Source: an uncultured delta proteobacterium (lineage in GTDB: Bacteria > Desulfobacterota > Binatia > Binatales > Binataceae). Taken from it: a stretch of 64,000 nucleotides of DNA. Of this stretch, positions 40,128 to 50,276 are shown in pieces (within the stretch, counting starts at the first letter, position 1; each line of letters begins with the position of its first letter). The notes beneath the pieces were generated by a model that searched no databases, was not told the origin of the DNA, and worked only from the letters and a program-made list of their open reading frames with translations. The stretch is taken from NCBI GenBank assembly GCA_963842085.1, contig CAWJET010000001.1, positions 2,656,001-2,720,000 of the forward strand. The letters run 5' to 3'. The position numbers were made by a program, and so were the translations under genes.

Positions 40128-41369
40128 GTGAAACCCTACACCTTCGAGAACAGCGACGCGCTCATGGAGCGCGCCAGGAAAGTTATCCCCGGCGGCATCT
40201 ACGGCCATCAGACGCCGCTGGTGCTCACCAAGGGCGCCTATCCGTCATTTTTCGCGCGCGGTGAGGGTTCGCACGTCTGGGACGTCGATGGCAACGAGTA
40301 CATCGACTACATGTGCTCCTACGGCCCAATCGTGCTCGGCCATCGGCATCCCAAGGTCGAGGAAGCGGCGCGCCGCCAGATGGATCTAGGTAACTGCTTC
40401 AACGCGCCGGCACCGGTGTGGGTCGAGCTCGCGGAGCATCTTGTCTCGATCACGCCGTTCGCCGACTGGACGGTGTTCGCGAAGAACGGTTCCGACGTGT
40501 GCACCTGGGCGACCGAGGTCTCGCGCCACGCGACCGGGCGGCCGAAGATCGCGATGTGCTCGGGCGCGTACCACGGCACCCATGCGTGGTGCACGCCGCT
40601 GCCCGGAGGAGTGACGCCGGAAGATCGCGCGAACGTGGTTTATTTTCGATACAACGATCTCGACAGCCTCCGCCGCGCGGTCGAGGAAAACAGCGGCCAG
40701 ATTGCGGGCGTAATCGTGTCGCCGTTCAAGCACGACGCCGGCCACGACTCGGAGCTGCCGGTCGAAGGATTCCTGTCGGGCGTGCGCAAGATCTGCGACG
40801 ACAACGGCATCGTCCTCATCCTCGACGACGTGCGCGCCGGCTTCCGGCTGCACATGGGCGGCTCGGGCGAGTTGTTCGGAGTGCGCCCAGACCTCGCGAC
40901 TTACTGCAAAGCTATTGCCAACGGCTATCCTCTCGCCGCGTGCCTTGGGCGTGACAGCCTGAAGCAGGCGGCGCAGGAAGTGTTTTTCACGGGGTCGTAT
41001 TTCACCAGCGCGGTGCCGATGGCGGCGAGCCTGGCGAATCTCAAGGAGCTGCAGGCGAGCGGCGGAATCGAGCGTATGCGCGCGACGGGCGAGAAGCTGC
41101 GCACGGGGCTGCTCGCGCAGGCGCGCAGCACCGGACTCGAGGTGACGTACTCCGGGCCGCCGGCGCTGCCGTACATGACGTTCAAGGCCGACGCCGGGCA
41201 CCACGATCGCGCCAAGGTTTTCTGCGGCGTGTGTTCGCGCGGCGGCGTGTACTTTGCTCCGCGTCACAACTGGTTCATCTCGGCCGCGCACACCGAGCGC
41301 GACATCGAGCAGACGCTGAATGTCACCGAGCAAGCGTTCGCAGCCGTGCGCAAGCAGTTCGGCGCGTAG
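40128..41369 (+). CDS. Class III PLP aminotransferase (GSA aminomutase-like, not canonical HemL)
   Basis: WDVDGNEYID, YHG, DDVRAGFR, YCKAIANG; GTG start follows AGGAG. Confidence 0.85.
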   Translation: MKPYTFENSDALMERARKVIPGGIYGHQTPLVLTKGAYPSFFARGEGSHVWDVDGNEYIDYMCSYGPIVLGHRHPKVEEAARRQMDLGNCFNAPAPVWVELAEHLVSITPFADWTVFAKNGSDVCTWATEVSRHATGRPKIAMCSGAYHGTHAWCTPLPGGVTPEDRANVVYFRYNDLDSLRRAVEENSGQIAGVIVSPFKHDAGHDSELPVEGFLSGVRKICDDNGIVLILDDVRAGFRLHMGGSGELFGVRPDLATYCKAIANGYPLAACLGRDSLKQAAQEVFFTGSYFTSAVPMAASLANLKELQASGGIERMRATGEKLRTGLLAQARSTGLEVTYSGPPALPYMTFKADAGHHDRAKVFCGVCSRGGVYFAPRHNWFISAAHTERDIEQTLNVTEQAFAAVRKQFGA

Positions 41370-41377
41370 GCGCGGAG

Positions 41378-42454
41378 TTACTCGCCGCTAAGGAATCGAT
41401 AGACGAGCTTCTGGAAGTGCTGGATGCCGCGTTCGCGCGACAGCATCAGGTGCCCGTGCTCGATCGTACCCGAGCGCAGGCCGCGCTGCACCGATTCGCA
41501 CAGCACGACGTCCTCGCGGGTTACGAGATCGCTGAATTCCACGTACTCGCGCATCTGTTCGTCGGTCAGATTCTCGGCGAAATAGTAGTCAACGATCTGC
41601 CGGCTGTGGCCCGCATCGATGGGGATGGCGGAGATCACCTGCATGCTCGGTGGATTGCCCGAGAGCGAGAACATCACGTTGGGCCATAGTGTTGCGTAAG
41701 TTACGCCGCGGCCGGGCGACCGCAGGAGAGGGCCGTAGTAGGTGGAGTAGTATTCGTGCTCGGCGTCGACGCGATAGCTGTCGGTGTCGATCACTGATGA
41801 AAACTTCGGATGCGCGATCGGGCAGTGGTAGCATTCGTTGAAATTCTCGACGACGACTTTCCAGTTCGACGCCAGGTCGTAGGTGTCGCGGCGCAGCATC
41901 CGCATTTTTGCGAGATCGATTCCCGCGCGCTCGAAGACAGTCGGCAGTTCGCCCAGCACGTCGCGCATGGGAGCGGCCGCCGGGGACGGATTGACGAAAA
42001 TCAGCGGTCCCCAGGTCTCGACCGCGAACGGTGCCAGCGAAAAGGTTTGCTTCGCGAACGATCGCTGCTCGTTCTCGCGCGGCGCGGTGCGCAGCGTGCC
42101 GTCCAGGTTGTAGGTCCATCCGTGATAGTGGCACTGCAGCGTCATCCGGTTGCCGGCGCATTCGAGGACGACCTCGCTCCCGCGATGACGACATACGTTG
42201 GCGAACGCACGAATCGCCCCGCCGGCATCGCGTACGATGACAACCGGCAAATCGCCGGGCCGGGTAGTGAAAAAATCGCCAACGCTCGCCACCTGCCCGA
42301 TATGTCCGACGTACTGCCACGTGCGACGGAAGATGCGCTCCTTCTCCGCCTGAAAAACGTCGGGATCGACGTACCAGCGGGCAGGCAGCGTATCGCCGCG
42401 CTCAAGCGCGCTCGCGATTGCCGGGTCCGCGCATGCATTTGATGCCAAAGTCAT
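41378..42454 (-). CDS. Rieske non-heme iron oxygenase alpha subunit (choline/carnitine monooxygenase-like)
   Basis: CRHRG..CHYHGW Rieske motif; NWK..ENFNECYHC..AH; ED..LCESVQRG. Confidence 0.9.
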   Translation of the reverse strand: MTLASNACADPAIASALERGDTLPARWYVDPDVFQAEKERIFRRTWQYVGHIGQVASVGDFFTTRPGDLPVVIVRDAGGAIRAFANVCRHRGSEVVLECAGNRMTLQCHYHGWTYNLDGTLRTAPRENEQRSFAKQTFSLAPFAVETWGPLIFVNPSPAAAPMRDVLGELPTVFERAGIDLAKMRMLRRDTYDLASNWKVVVENFNECYHCPIAHPKFSSVIDTDSYRVDAEHEYYSTYYGPLLRSPGRGVTYATLWPNVMFSLSGNPPSMQVISAIPIDAGHSRQIVDYYFAENLTDEQMREYVEFSDLVTREDVVLCESVQRGLRSGTIEHGHLMLSRERGIQHFQKLVYRFLSGE

Positions 42455-42483
42455 TTATTTGGTGACGCCGAAACCTGAATCTA

Positions 42484-43026
42484 CTAAATTGCGCGACAAA
42501 TTTCCTTAACGAGATCTTGCAACGGTCGCGTCCCGTCGAGTCGCACTACGCGGCATGGTAGCTCGGCAAGCCATGCCTGATGCCGCGCGAGATTGCGTCC
42601 CTCGCGAGTGCCGTCATCGTAGTGCGAGGCCCACTCGATGAATTCTTCCGCCTGCCGGTGGAGCGAGCCGCCCGGAGCGACAGCATCAGGACCCAAGCGC
42701 CGAGCCTCGCGCTCCCGCAAGCGTTCGAGGCGAATCACGGTCGGCGTGTACACGAACACCACCAAATCGAGGAACGCAACGATCGGGTCGCCCCAACCGT
42801 CGAGCGAGCCGCTCAGCACCCAGTCCGGCCGCTCCAGGAACATCTCGCGCATCAGACGGAGACGATCCGGAACTTCGCGCATCTCGCGATACGGCGGATT
42901 CGTCGGCCGCCAGAAGTAATCGTCGGTGTCGTGATGCGGGATCGCAAGCGCATCCGCCGCCGCGCGTCCGAGGCTGCTGACGCCGGCTCCAGAAGCCCCC
43001 ATGATGTGCACGCGGCAAGTCTTCAT
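42484..43026 (-). CDS. P-loop adenylate-kinase-like protein
   Basis: IMGASGAGVSS (the Walker A Lys is replaced by Val), HDTDDYFW, WVLSGS. Confidence 0.8.
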   Translation of the reverse strand: MKTCRVHIMGASGAGVSSLGRAAADALAIPHHDTDDYFWRPTNPPYREMREVPDRLRLMREMFLERPDWVLSGSLDGWGDPIVAFLDLVVFVYTPTVIRLERLREREARRLGPDAVAPGGSLHRQAEEFIEWASHYDDGTREGRNLARHQAWLAELPCRVVRLDGTRPLQDLVKEICRAI

Positions 43027-43388
43027 CTAGCCGCTGTCAGATCGCGCAGAATGTCCAGTCGCAGCTTCAACTTCTCTCCCAGCCACAGGGCGTTGACGGC
43101 GTGATCTGTGTAGGCGTCTGTCGTTTCGGGATGGACCAGGATATTCAGGCCGGCGCGGTTCAGCATCAACCACGGCACGATTTTGGCGAACTCTTCCGGA
43201 TCGAATTTCACCTGGTACATCGATTGCGGATGCGGCCCTACCGGCTGGTCACGCCATCGGCCCATTTGGACCTTGAAGGTGCGCCCGATTGCTTCGCGGA
43301 TACGTGCGGCGGTGTCGCGCGACGCATCGTCGTAGTAGATGTGCGCGTGATAGCAACTTATGATCGCGGGATCGATCGCGTCCGCCAT
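43023..43388 (-). CDS. DOPA 4,5-dioxygenase family protein
   Basis: YHAHIYY, PVGPHP, WLMLNR.GL.ILVHP, DH..ALWLG. Confidence 0.9.
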   Translation of the reverse strand: MADAIDPAIISCYHAHIYYDDASRDTAARIREAIGRTFKVQMGRWRDQPVGPHPQSMYQVKFDPEEFAKIVPWLMLNRAGLNILVHPETTDAYTDHAVNALWLGEKLKLRLDILRDLTAAR

Positions 43389-43405
43389 CGCGATTACTCA
43401 GTCGC

Positions 43406-43837
43406 CTACATGCGCTCCAGAACTATCACCGGGATCTGACGCGTCGTGTTCTTCTGATATTCCGTAAAGTTGGGCATCACTTTGGCCTGGGCGTCGAACA
43501 GGCGCTGGCGCTCGGGGTCGGTGGTGATGACAGCCTTGGCCTGGAATTTTTCCTTGCCGAGCTCAATCGTAACGGTCGGGTGAGCCTTCAGGTTGTGGAA
43601 CCAGGCGGGATTTGTCGGGAAGCCGCCCTTCGACGCGATTATGACCATGCGATTGCCGTCCCTCGTGTACACCAGCGGCGTGGTGAAAGGGCGTCCGCTT
43701 TTCGCGCCCGTAGTAGTCAGCAGAAGCAGTGGGGCATTCACAAACGGGCCGCTCAGGACCTTGCCGCCGTTGGCGCGAAACTCCTTGATCAGGTTCTGGT
43801 TGAATTCGTGCATCGCTTTTTCGTTGAACTCGGGCAT
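43406..43837 (-). CDS. Deazaflavin (F420)-dependent nitroreductase/quinone reductase family (Ddn-like)
   Basis: EFRANGG, LLLTTTGAKSG, ASKGG..NPAWFHNL, YQ..T.RQIPV. Confidence 0.9.
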   Translation of the reverse strand: MPEFNEKAMHEFNQNLIKEFRANGGKVLSGPFVNAPLLLLTTTGAKSGRPFTTPLVYTRDGNRMVIIASKGGFPTNPAWFHNLKAHPTVTIELGKEKFQAKAVITTDPERQRLFDAQAKVMPNFTEYQKNTTRQIPVIVLERM

Positions 43838-44015
43838 GGTGGTCTCCTATTTTTTCAGTTGAATGATACAGCGGCGAGTGCCGCTTCTTAATCACGCATC
43901 CTCACACCTCGCCGTACTCGGCCTCCTCCCCCGTGAATAGTGGGCTGGCCAGGAAAAAGAAAGGGCCAGTCGTCGCCGGCCGGCCGCTTCCTGATTCAAG
44001 CCGTTGCAGTTGCGA

Positions 44016-45014
44016 CTATGCTGCCGACGCCATCTGCATCACGCCGAGCTGCTGATACCACGACTCGGTGCGCTCGTTGATCAGATCGATTTGCCGCAGG
44101 CATGGGATGATCGTGTCGACGAACAGGAATGAGTTGAACTGCTTTTCCATGTTGTTCTCGGCCGCGGCCCACGCCGGGTTGCGATGCATCTCGTCCTCGA
44201 TGTCCTTGATCGAGATGCCAACTTCCTCGAACACTGCCGAGCCTGACAGGAAGCCGTCCTTGGGCACGCCGTCGACGACCTTGGTCACCATCATGTCGCA
44301 GGCGGCGAAGGCGAAGTCCTCGAGATCCTTCTTGTCCTTGCCCTTGAGCTTGGTGACGGCGTCGCGCAACGCGAGCATGCCGAAGCCGACGTGGCGCGCC
44401 TCGTCCTTCATGATGTACTCGAGCAGTTCCTTCAGCAGCTCGTCCTTGGTCTCGCGCTGCATGAAGCGGAACGCCGCGATCGCCAGTCCCTCGGCGACGA
44501 CCTGCATGCCGACGTACTTGGGCTCCCAGCGCTCGTGCTCCATTACCGCGGTAAGCAGCCGCTCGAGCGTGGGATCGATCGGGTAGATGCGATCGAGCTT
44601 GGTGATGTACTTGCGGAAGCCCTCGACGTGACGCGCTTCGTCGAAGACCTGCGCCGCCGCGTTCATCTTGGCGTCGAGGTCGGGCACCGCGTCAACCAAC
44701 TGCCCGCAGACCATCAGCGCGCCCTGCTCGCCGTGCAGGAACTGCGAGAGCCGCCAGGCGGCGAACTTGCGGCCGAGCTGGTACTTGTTCTCTTCGCTCA
44801 GCGATCGATAAAGCTCGGTCTGGAACATCGGCATCACCGTCATGTCCAGGACTTCCTTCTCGATCGGGCGGTCCCAGTTGATGGTGGTCGAGACGTTCCA
44901 CTGATCGCGCTTGGCGTTCTCGTACAGCCGATCCATCTGCGGGAACTTGACGCTGTAGTCCCAGTGGAAAACGCTTTCGAGGTCCGTGTTAACAATCGTG
45001 TGGTCGTGAGACAT
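44016..45014 (-). CDS. Ferritin-like diiron protein (AurF-like oxygenase)
   Basis: LSQFLHGEQGAL, two DEARH motifs, EGLA. Confidence 0.85.
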   Translation of the reverse strand: MSHDHTIVNTDLESVFHWDYSVKFPQMDRLYENAKRDQWNVSTTINWDRPIEKEVLDMTVMPMFQTELYRSLSEENKYQLGRKFAAWRLSQFLHGEQGALMVCGQLVDAVPDLDAKMNAAAQVFDEARHVEGFRKYITKLDRIYPIDPTLERLLTAVMEHERWEPKYVGMQVVAEGLAIAAFRFMQRETKDELLKELLEYIMKDEARHVGFGMLALRDAVTKLKGKDKKDLEDFAFAACDMMVTKVVDGVPKDGFLSGSAVFEEVGISIKDIEDEMHRNPAWAAAENNMEKQFNSFLFVDTIIPCLRQIDLINERTESWYQQLGVMQMASAA

Positions 45015-45039
45015 CGTGCAAATCCTCCGGATTCACTTT

Positions 45040-45657
45040 TCACTTTTCACTGGGCGCGAGCCGTGCTGCACGCTCGAGTCCGCCCAGGGCAAAATTTACA
45101 GTGACGTTTTTTAGTTCCGCGTGAGAAAGATCGCGGCTCGCGAGCAGCCACGAAATCGCCTGCGACAACATCCCGATCGTGAGATGCGCAATCGCGTCGG
45201 CGCGCTCGCCGACCGCGGGCGCGAGATCATTGCGGAGGTCGTCGATGAATACCTCGTGGACGCGGACCATCAGATCCAGGAACGCGGGGCTGTGGCCGAA
45301 GACGATCCGAAACAGTTCCGGCGCCTGCGCCGCTGCGTCGAGAATCGTGTCGATCGTGATTTTGAGCTTTTCGGCCGGCGTGTGGACGCCCGCCTTGGCC
45401 TCGGCGAGGTTGCGCCGCAGTTCGGCTGCGCCATGCTCGATCAGCTCGATAAAGATTTCGTTCTTGGTTTTGAAGTGGAGGTAGAAAGTGCCGAGGCCCA
45501 CGTCGGCTTCGGTCGCGATGTCGGCGATACGCGTCTGATGGTAACCCTTGCTCGAGATGACGCGTTCCGCCGCCCGGATTAGATCGACGCGCGTTTTTTC
45601 GCGGCGCCGATCGAAACGGTTTGGCGCATCGCCGGCCTGACGCGCAATTTGTCCCAT
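45040..45657 (-). CDS. TetR/AcrR transcriptional regulator
   Basis: GYHQTRIADIATEADVGLGTFYLHFKTK. Confidence 0.93.
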   Translation of the reverse strand: MGQIARQAGDAPNRFDRRREKTRVDLIRAAERVISSKGYHQTRIADIATEADVGLGTFYLHFKTKNEIFIELIEHGAAELRRNLAEAKAGVHTPAEKLKITIDTILDAAAQAPELFRIVFGHSPAFLDLMVRVHEVFIDDLRNDLAPAVGERADAIAHLTIGMLSQAISWLLASRDLSHAELKNVTVNFALGGLERAARLAPSEK

Positions 45658-45664
45658 TTGGATA

Positions 45665-45693
45665 CAGTTAGTTCAAAGTGAATTGTGTGTCAA
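45665..45693 (-). promoter_or_regulatory. Candidate tetR promoter/operator
   Basis: Perfect TTGACA overlapped by the imperfect palindrome TGACA-CACA-ATTCA; a weak -10 (TAACTG) lies 7 nt before the ATG. Confidence 0.4.
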
Positions 45694-45841
45694 TTACGAC
45701 TTTTCATTCATTGCTGAAGAGAAATTCATATATGAAGCGGACCTATCGGGAGTGAAAACTAACGCCATTCAATGCAGAATCTTGAGTTGAGCCGGTAGTC
45801 TAATCAGACAGCAAATACGCCGAAAAACAAGGATAAAACCG

Positions 45842-46648
45842 CTATGGCGAGCTGCCGGTGGCGTCGGGACCGGATTGATCTGGGGGAGCGCCAGACTGGT
45901 CGGGAGATTGGTCGGGAGGCGGGTTCTCGGTTCCCGCATCCTGAGTCGTATCGGGCAGAATCACCGGCTCGGGGAATTCAGCGGTCACGTTGCAGCAGAG
46001 CAGGTAACTGCTGCCCGCGCGAGGCTGAGCGTTGTAGGCCTGCAGGGAGCCATCAGCGAGCACCTTGACCGCCTGGTAACTGGTCGAGCCCGATACACGC
46101 TCGATTTGAAAGACGTAGTAAGCGCCGCGATCGAGAGGCTCGGGCGGCCCTTCCTCCGGCAGTATCTGCGTGAAGTGCGTGGGCACTTTGGCGTACTCGA
46201 TACTCTTGATCGAGTACTTGGCCGAACCGACTCCGGTGATAGAGCCAAAGGTACCTTCGTCGGCCTTGAACTCCCAGATAGGAACGCCGCCGTCGAATCG
46301 CACGACAGACTCAGTATGCGACGCGTCGCGTTGATGGTTGGCGATCACTTCGGCGCCGAAGAACTTGATTACCGTGGCGCGTGAGAGCGCGTCACCGGGG
46401 TGCCGGTAGCTGATCGCGACATGGGCTACGGGCGGGGGCAGCGGTTCACCTTCGTCGGCGTTGGCCGCATCGTCTAGATCGGATGAGTCGTCGCCTGAGC
46501 TCCACATCGACTTGACGTACGAGGTGACTGACGAGCATCCCTGCGTCGCCAGCGTGAGCGCCAGAATCAGCGCGACTGCGACAGACCAGTGCAACAGGCG
46601 GCATTCACGCATCGGCGGCACTGTGCGGTCAAAAGTCCTCATCGCCAC
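45842..46648 (-). CDS. Hypothetical lipoprotein
   Basis: Hydrophobic leader ending ATQGC; acidic and Pro-rich termini with PPDQS repeats. Confidence 0.7.
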   Translation of the reverse strand: MAMRTFDRTVPPMRECRLLHWSVAVALILALTLATQGCSSVTSYVKSMWSSGDDSSDLDDAANADEGEPLPPPVAHVAISYRHPGDALSRATVIKFFGAEVIANHQRDASHTESVVRFDGGVPIWEFKADEGTFGSITGVGSAKYSIKSIEYAKVPTHFTQILPEEGPPEPLDRGAYYVFQIERVSGSTSYQAVKVLADGSLQAYNAQPRAGSSYLLCCNVTAEFPEPVILPDTTQDAGTENPPPDQSPDQSGAPPDQSGPDATGSSP

Positions 46649-46684
46649 CTCGAAAGGCGCGTCGCAGCGTAAATCGCAATCGCT

Positions 46685-48094
46685 TTGTATATGCGCATGT
46701 CTATCGGGTACTCTCTGCGGCCTGTGGCAAACCGGGATTCGAGCGAAAAGATTGGCCTTCGTCCCCTGTTAATTTACGCGCAGGCGCAGACCGGCCTCAA
46801 CCTGTGCGTGACGCTGATCGGTCTGCACCTTCTCTATTTCTATACCGATCGCATGGGGCTCTCTCCATCGCTGGCCGGACTTGCATTTTTCATCGCGCTG
46901 GTGCTGGATGCGCTGACCGACCCGCTGGTCGGCAATATTTCCGATCGCGCGCGCTTCAAGTCGGGCCGGCGGCGGCCGTTTTTCTTCGCGTCGATTCCGA
47001 TGGCGCTCTGCTACTACCTGCTGCTGTCGCCGCCGCCGCTCAAGGCGGGGTTGTTCGTATGGTTCTTATGTTTTTACTTCCTGATGCTCACGTCGCGGAA
47101 GTTTTACGAGACCGCGTACGGCGCGCTGATGCCGGAACTGACGCTCGACTACGACGAACGCACCAAACTCTCCACCTTTCGCATGCTGCTCGGCACGCTC
47201 GGCGACATCAGCGGCGCGCTGCTGCCGTTTGCGGCGACCTATCTGTTCGCGCGCGGCACCGACTTCAAAGTGACTGGCGCGGTTTGCGCGCTGGTGGTCG
47301 CCGGCGGCGCGATGGTCGCGTACACGGGCCTTCGCGAGCGCACCGAATTTTCCACCCGCGAGCGCTCCCGGCTGTTCGCGTCGATCAAATCGATGGCGGG
47401 TAACCGGCCCTTCATCATTCTGCTCATCGCCACGACGCTGGCCATCATGGCCATCAACATCCCGACGGTGCTGCTGCGCTTCCTCGCCAAGTACTGGTAT
47501 CACGACGAGAACGCGGCAGCGCGATGGTTGATGGCGTACTTCGCCGGCTCGGTCATCTCGTATCCGTTCTGGTTCAGAATCACAGTCAGGTTTGAGAAAA
47601 AGCCGGCCTTCGTGGTCGCGATGATCTGCAACGCGATGGGCTCGCTGGCGTTCATGCTGATGACCCGCCAGAGCACTTTGGGACTTTATTTTTTGATGGC
47701 GTTCAGCGGATTCTCGGCCATCGGAATCTGGGTCACGCAAATGTCGGCGTCGGCTGACGTGATCGAATGGGACGAGGAGCGCACCGGCCAGCGCCAGGAA
47801 GGTGCCTACGGCGGAATCACCTCGATGTCGATAAAGATGGCGACCGCGGTCACGCTGCTGATGGTCGGGCCGGTGATGAGCTGGGTCGGCTACAAGCCCG
47901 GCGGCGGTATCACGCCTCAAGCGGGGGAGAATCTGCGCGCGCTGTTCGCGATCGGCCCCGCGTCGATCTACCTGATGAGCGCGCTGGTCTTCTCGCGCTA
48001 CCCGATCACGCGCGAAAGCCACCGCGCAATGCGCGACCGGCTGGCTGCCCGCAGCGCCGCCACCGAAGAAGAAAAAGCAAAATCCATCGCGTAG
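46685..48094 (+). CDS. MFS transporter, GPH (MelB-like) family
   Basis: DALTDPLVGNISDR..SGRRRPF, ELTLDYDERT, ADVIEWDE..TGQRQEG.Y; start position uncertain. Confidence 0.9.
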   Translation: MYMRMSIGYSLRPVANRDSSEKIGLRPLLIYAQAQTGLNLCVTLIGLHLLYFYTDRMGLSPSLAGLAFFIALVLDALTDPLVGNISDRARFKSGRRRPFFFASIPMALCYYLLLSPPPLKAGLFVWFLCFYFLMLTSRKFYETAYGALMPELTLDYDERTKLSTFRMLLGTLGDISGALLPFAATYLFARGTDFKVTGAVCALVVAGGAMVAYTGLRERTEFSTRERSRLFASIKSMAGNRPFIILLIATTLAIMAINIPTVLLRFLAKYWYHDENAAARWLMAYFAGSVISYPFWFRITVRFEKKPAFVVAMICNAMGSLAFMLMTRQSTLGLYFLMAFSGFSAIGIWVTQMSASADVIEWDEERTGQRQEGAYGGITSMSIKMATAVTLLMVGPVMSWVGYKPGGGITPQAGENLRALFAIGPASIYLMSALVFSRYPITRESHRAMRDRLAARSAATEEEKAKSIA

Positions 48095-48128
48095 GCGTTT
48101 TGCGATAGTTCATCCAATCGGCGAACAA

Positions 48129-48161
48129 AGAGGGCCGCGGGTTCGTCACCCGCGACCCTCT
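48129..48161. terminator. Hairpin between convergent genes
   Basis: AGAGGGCCGCGGGT-TCGTC-ACCCGCGACCCTCT (14-bp stem, one mismatch). Confidence 0.6.
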
Positions 48162-48187
48162 GGTCGCTCAATCTTAAATCGTCGCGA

Positions 48188-49315
48188 TCAGCCCAGCAGG
48201 GACTTCGCCACCGTCTCACGATGTACTGGCGCGTTGCCGAAGTTTGCTTCTCCCGCCAGCGCGCGCCGGTGGTACAGGTGCATGTCGTGCTCCCAGGTGA
48301 ATCCGATGCCGCCGTGCACCTGGATTGCCTCCGACGTGACGTTCTTCGCCATGTCCGATGCGTACGCTTTCGCCATCGGCACGGCAGTCGCCGCTTCGGC
48401 ACCGCGTGTATCGACGGTCCAGCATGCGTAGTAGGTCAGCGAACGCGCGTTCTCGACCGCGACCATCATGTCGACGCACTTGTGCTTGACGGCCTGGAAC
48501 GATCCGATCGGCTTGCCGAACTGCACGCGCGTCTTGGCGTATTCGACCGACATGTCGAGCGCCTTCTGCGCTGTCCCGACCATCTCGGCCGCAAGCCCCG
48601 CGGTCGCGATGTCGAGCGTGCGCCGCAGGATCGGCCATCCCTCGCCTTCCTTGCCGACAAGTTCCGAGGTCTTCACATTGTCGAACTTCACGTGGCACAG
48701 CCGCCGCGTCATATCGACAGTCTTGAGCTGAGTGATCGTGACGCCCTTCGTCTTCGAATTGAGGGCCAGGATCGTGATTCCCTTTTCGCCGCTGCCGCCG
48801 GTGCGGACCGCAACCGCCATCCCGTTGGCGACGTGGGCGTCGGGCACGAAAAACTTCTCGCCAGTGATCGTGTATTCGTTGCCGCTCTTGGTCGCCTTGA
48901 GCTGGATTCCGTCGGCGTCGAAGCGGCCCGCGGCTTCGGCGATCGCGACGGTGCCGATAAACTCGCCCTTCGCCATCCGCGGCAGCAGATCTTTCTTTTG
49001 CTGGTCCGAGCCGCCCTCGATTAGCAGCGGCGCCGCGAGCAGCGCGGAAGTGAAGAAGGGCCCCGGCACGAGAGCCTTACCGGCCTCTTCGACAATCACC
49101 GTCATGTCGAGGAAACTGCCGCCTTGGCCGCCGTAGCTCTCCGGGATGAGCAGCCCGGGCCATCCGAGATCGACCAGCTTCTTCCAGAAAGCGGCGTCGT
49201 GTGCGGTCGCGTCCGCCATCATCTGGCGGACAAACTTGGTCGGGCAGTTGTCGGCCAGAAAGCGCTTGGCCGCGTCCCGGAGCATCTCTTGTTCCTCAGA
49301 AAATCCGAAATCCAA
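48188..49315 (-). CDS. Acyl-CoA dehydrogenase (partner-type subunit), paralog of 35185..36288
   Basis: MDFGFSEEQ, RVQFGKPIGSFQAVKH, HGGIGFTWEHD. Confidence 0.92.
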   Translation of the reverse strand: MDFGFSEEQEMLRDAAKRFLADNCPTKFVRQMMADATAHDAAFWKKLVDLGWPGLLIPESYGGQGGSFLDMTVIVEEAGKALVPGPFFTSALLAAPLLIEGGSDQQKKDLLPRMAKGEFIGTVAIAEAAGRFDADGIQLKATKSGNEYTITGEKFFVPDAHVANGMAVAVRTGGSGEKGITILALNSKTKGVTITQLKTVDMTRRLCHVKFDNVKTSELVGKEGEGWPILRRTLDIATAGLAAEMVGTAQKALDMSVEYAKTRVQFGKPIGSFQAVKHKCVDMMVAVENARSLTYYACWTVDTRGAEAATAVPMAKAYASDMAKNVTSEAIQVHGGIGFTWEHDMHLYHRRALAGEANFGNAPVHRETVAKSLLG

Positions 49316-49490
49316 CTTGCGTTCCTCCGTTTTTTCGATGGGGAATCCTGCGGCTTGAAACCGCTCGAATCCATGTTTCAGGTACCATTAAGGCTTTCAG
49401 GCGTGCAAGCGCCGGAAATCCCGCAAGGCGCGGGTTGCGCGCTTGATTCGCGCGCGGGAACCGCGAGAATAGGCGACTCGGACCGCTCCT

Positions 49491-50276
49491 ATGGAACACA
49501 AAGATCTCGTGCGCGAAGAGTTCACCCGGCAGGCCAACGACTACGCAACGGCGCCCGCCATCCTCGACGCGGAGCATCTGCGCAAGCTGGTCGAGCTTGT
49601 CGCCCCGCCGCGCGATGCGCGCGTGCTGGAAGTCGCGACCGGACCGGGGCACGTCGCGATGACGTTTGCGCGGGTGTGCCGTGAAGTCGTGGGAATCGAT
49701 CTGACTGACGCGCCGCTCAAGATTGCCGAGAAGATGCGCGCGGAGCGGGGAATCGCCAACGTCCGTTTCCAGAAGGGCGATGTCGAGTCGCGCCTGCCGT
49801 TCAACGACGGGGAATTCGACGTCGTCGTGTGCCGGTTCGCGGTTCATCATTTTGCCGCGCCGGAAAAAGTGATCGCCGAGATGGCGCGAGTGTGCCGCGC
49901 CGACGGACTGGTGGCAATCGAGGATTTGATTGCCAGCGAACAGCCGGCGCGTGCGGCGTACTACAACCAATTCGAGCGGCTGCGCGACACCTCGCACACC
50001 AACGCGCTTGCGATGAGCGAACTGATCCGAATGATGGGCGCGGCCGGCCTCGAGATAGTCAGGTTCGCGTCGCACGGGTACCGCACCGCGGTATCGCAAT
50101 GGATCAAGGCTGCGCATGCGTCGCCGGAGCGCGCGGCCAAGGCGATCGCGATGGTCGAGCGCGATGCGGACGAGGATCTAAGCGGCGCGCGTCCGCTCCG
50201 AATCGATGGCGAGCTGTATTTCACCTACCGGATCGCGATGCTGGTGACGCGCAAGCTGGCGTCACGCGCGGCTTAG
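49491..50276 (+). CDS. Class I SAM-dependent methyltransferase (UbiE-like)
   Basis: VLEVATGPG, LPF.DGEFD, CRFAVHHF, RDTSH. Confidence 0.88.
   Translation: MEHKDLVREEFTRQANDYATAPAILDAEHLRKLVELVAPPRDARVLEVATGPGHVAMTFARVCREVVGIDLTDAPLKIAEKMRAERGIANVRFQKGDVESRLPFNDGEFDVVVCRFAVHHFAAPEKVIAEMARVCRADGLVAIEDLIASEQPARAAYYNQFERLRDTSHTNALAMSELIRMMGAAGLEIVRFASHGYRTAVSQWIKAAHASPERAAKAIAMVERDADEDLSGARPLRIDGELYFTYRIAMLVTRKLASRAA

Noticed and set aside
40128-41369. Calling the aminotransferase hemL
   Set aside because: Lacks HemL hallmarks (PGGVNSPVR, SGTEA, DEVMTGFR) and has no hem gene context.
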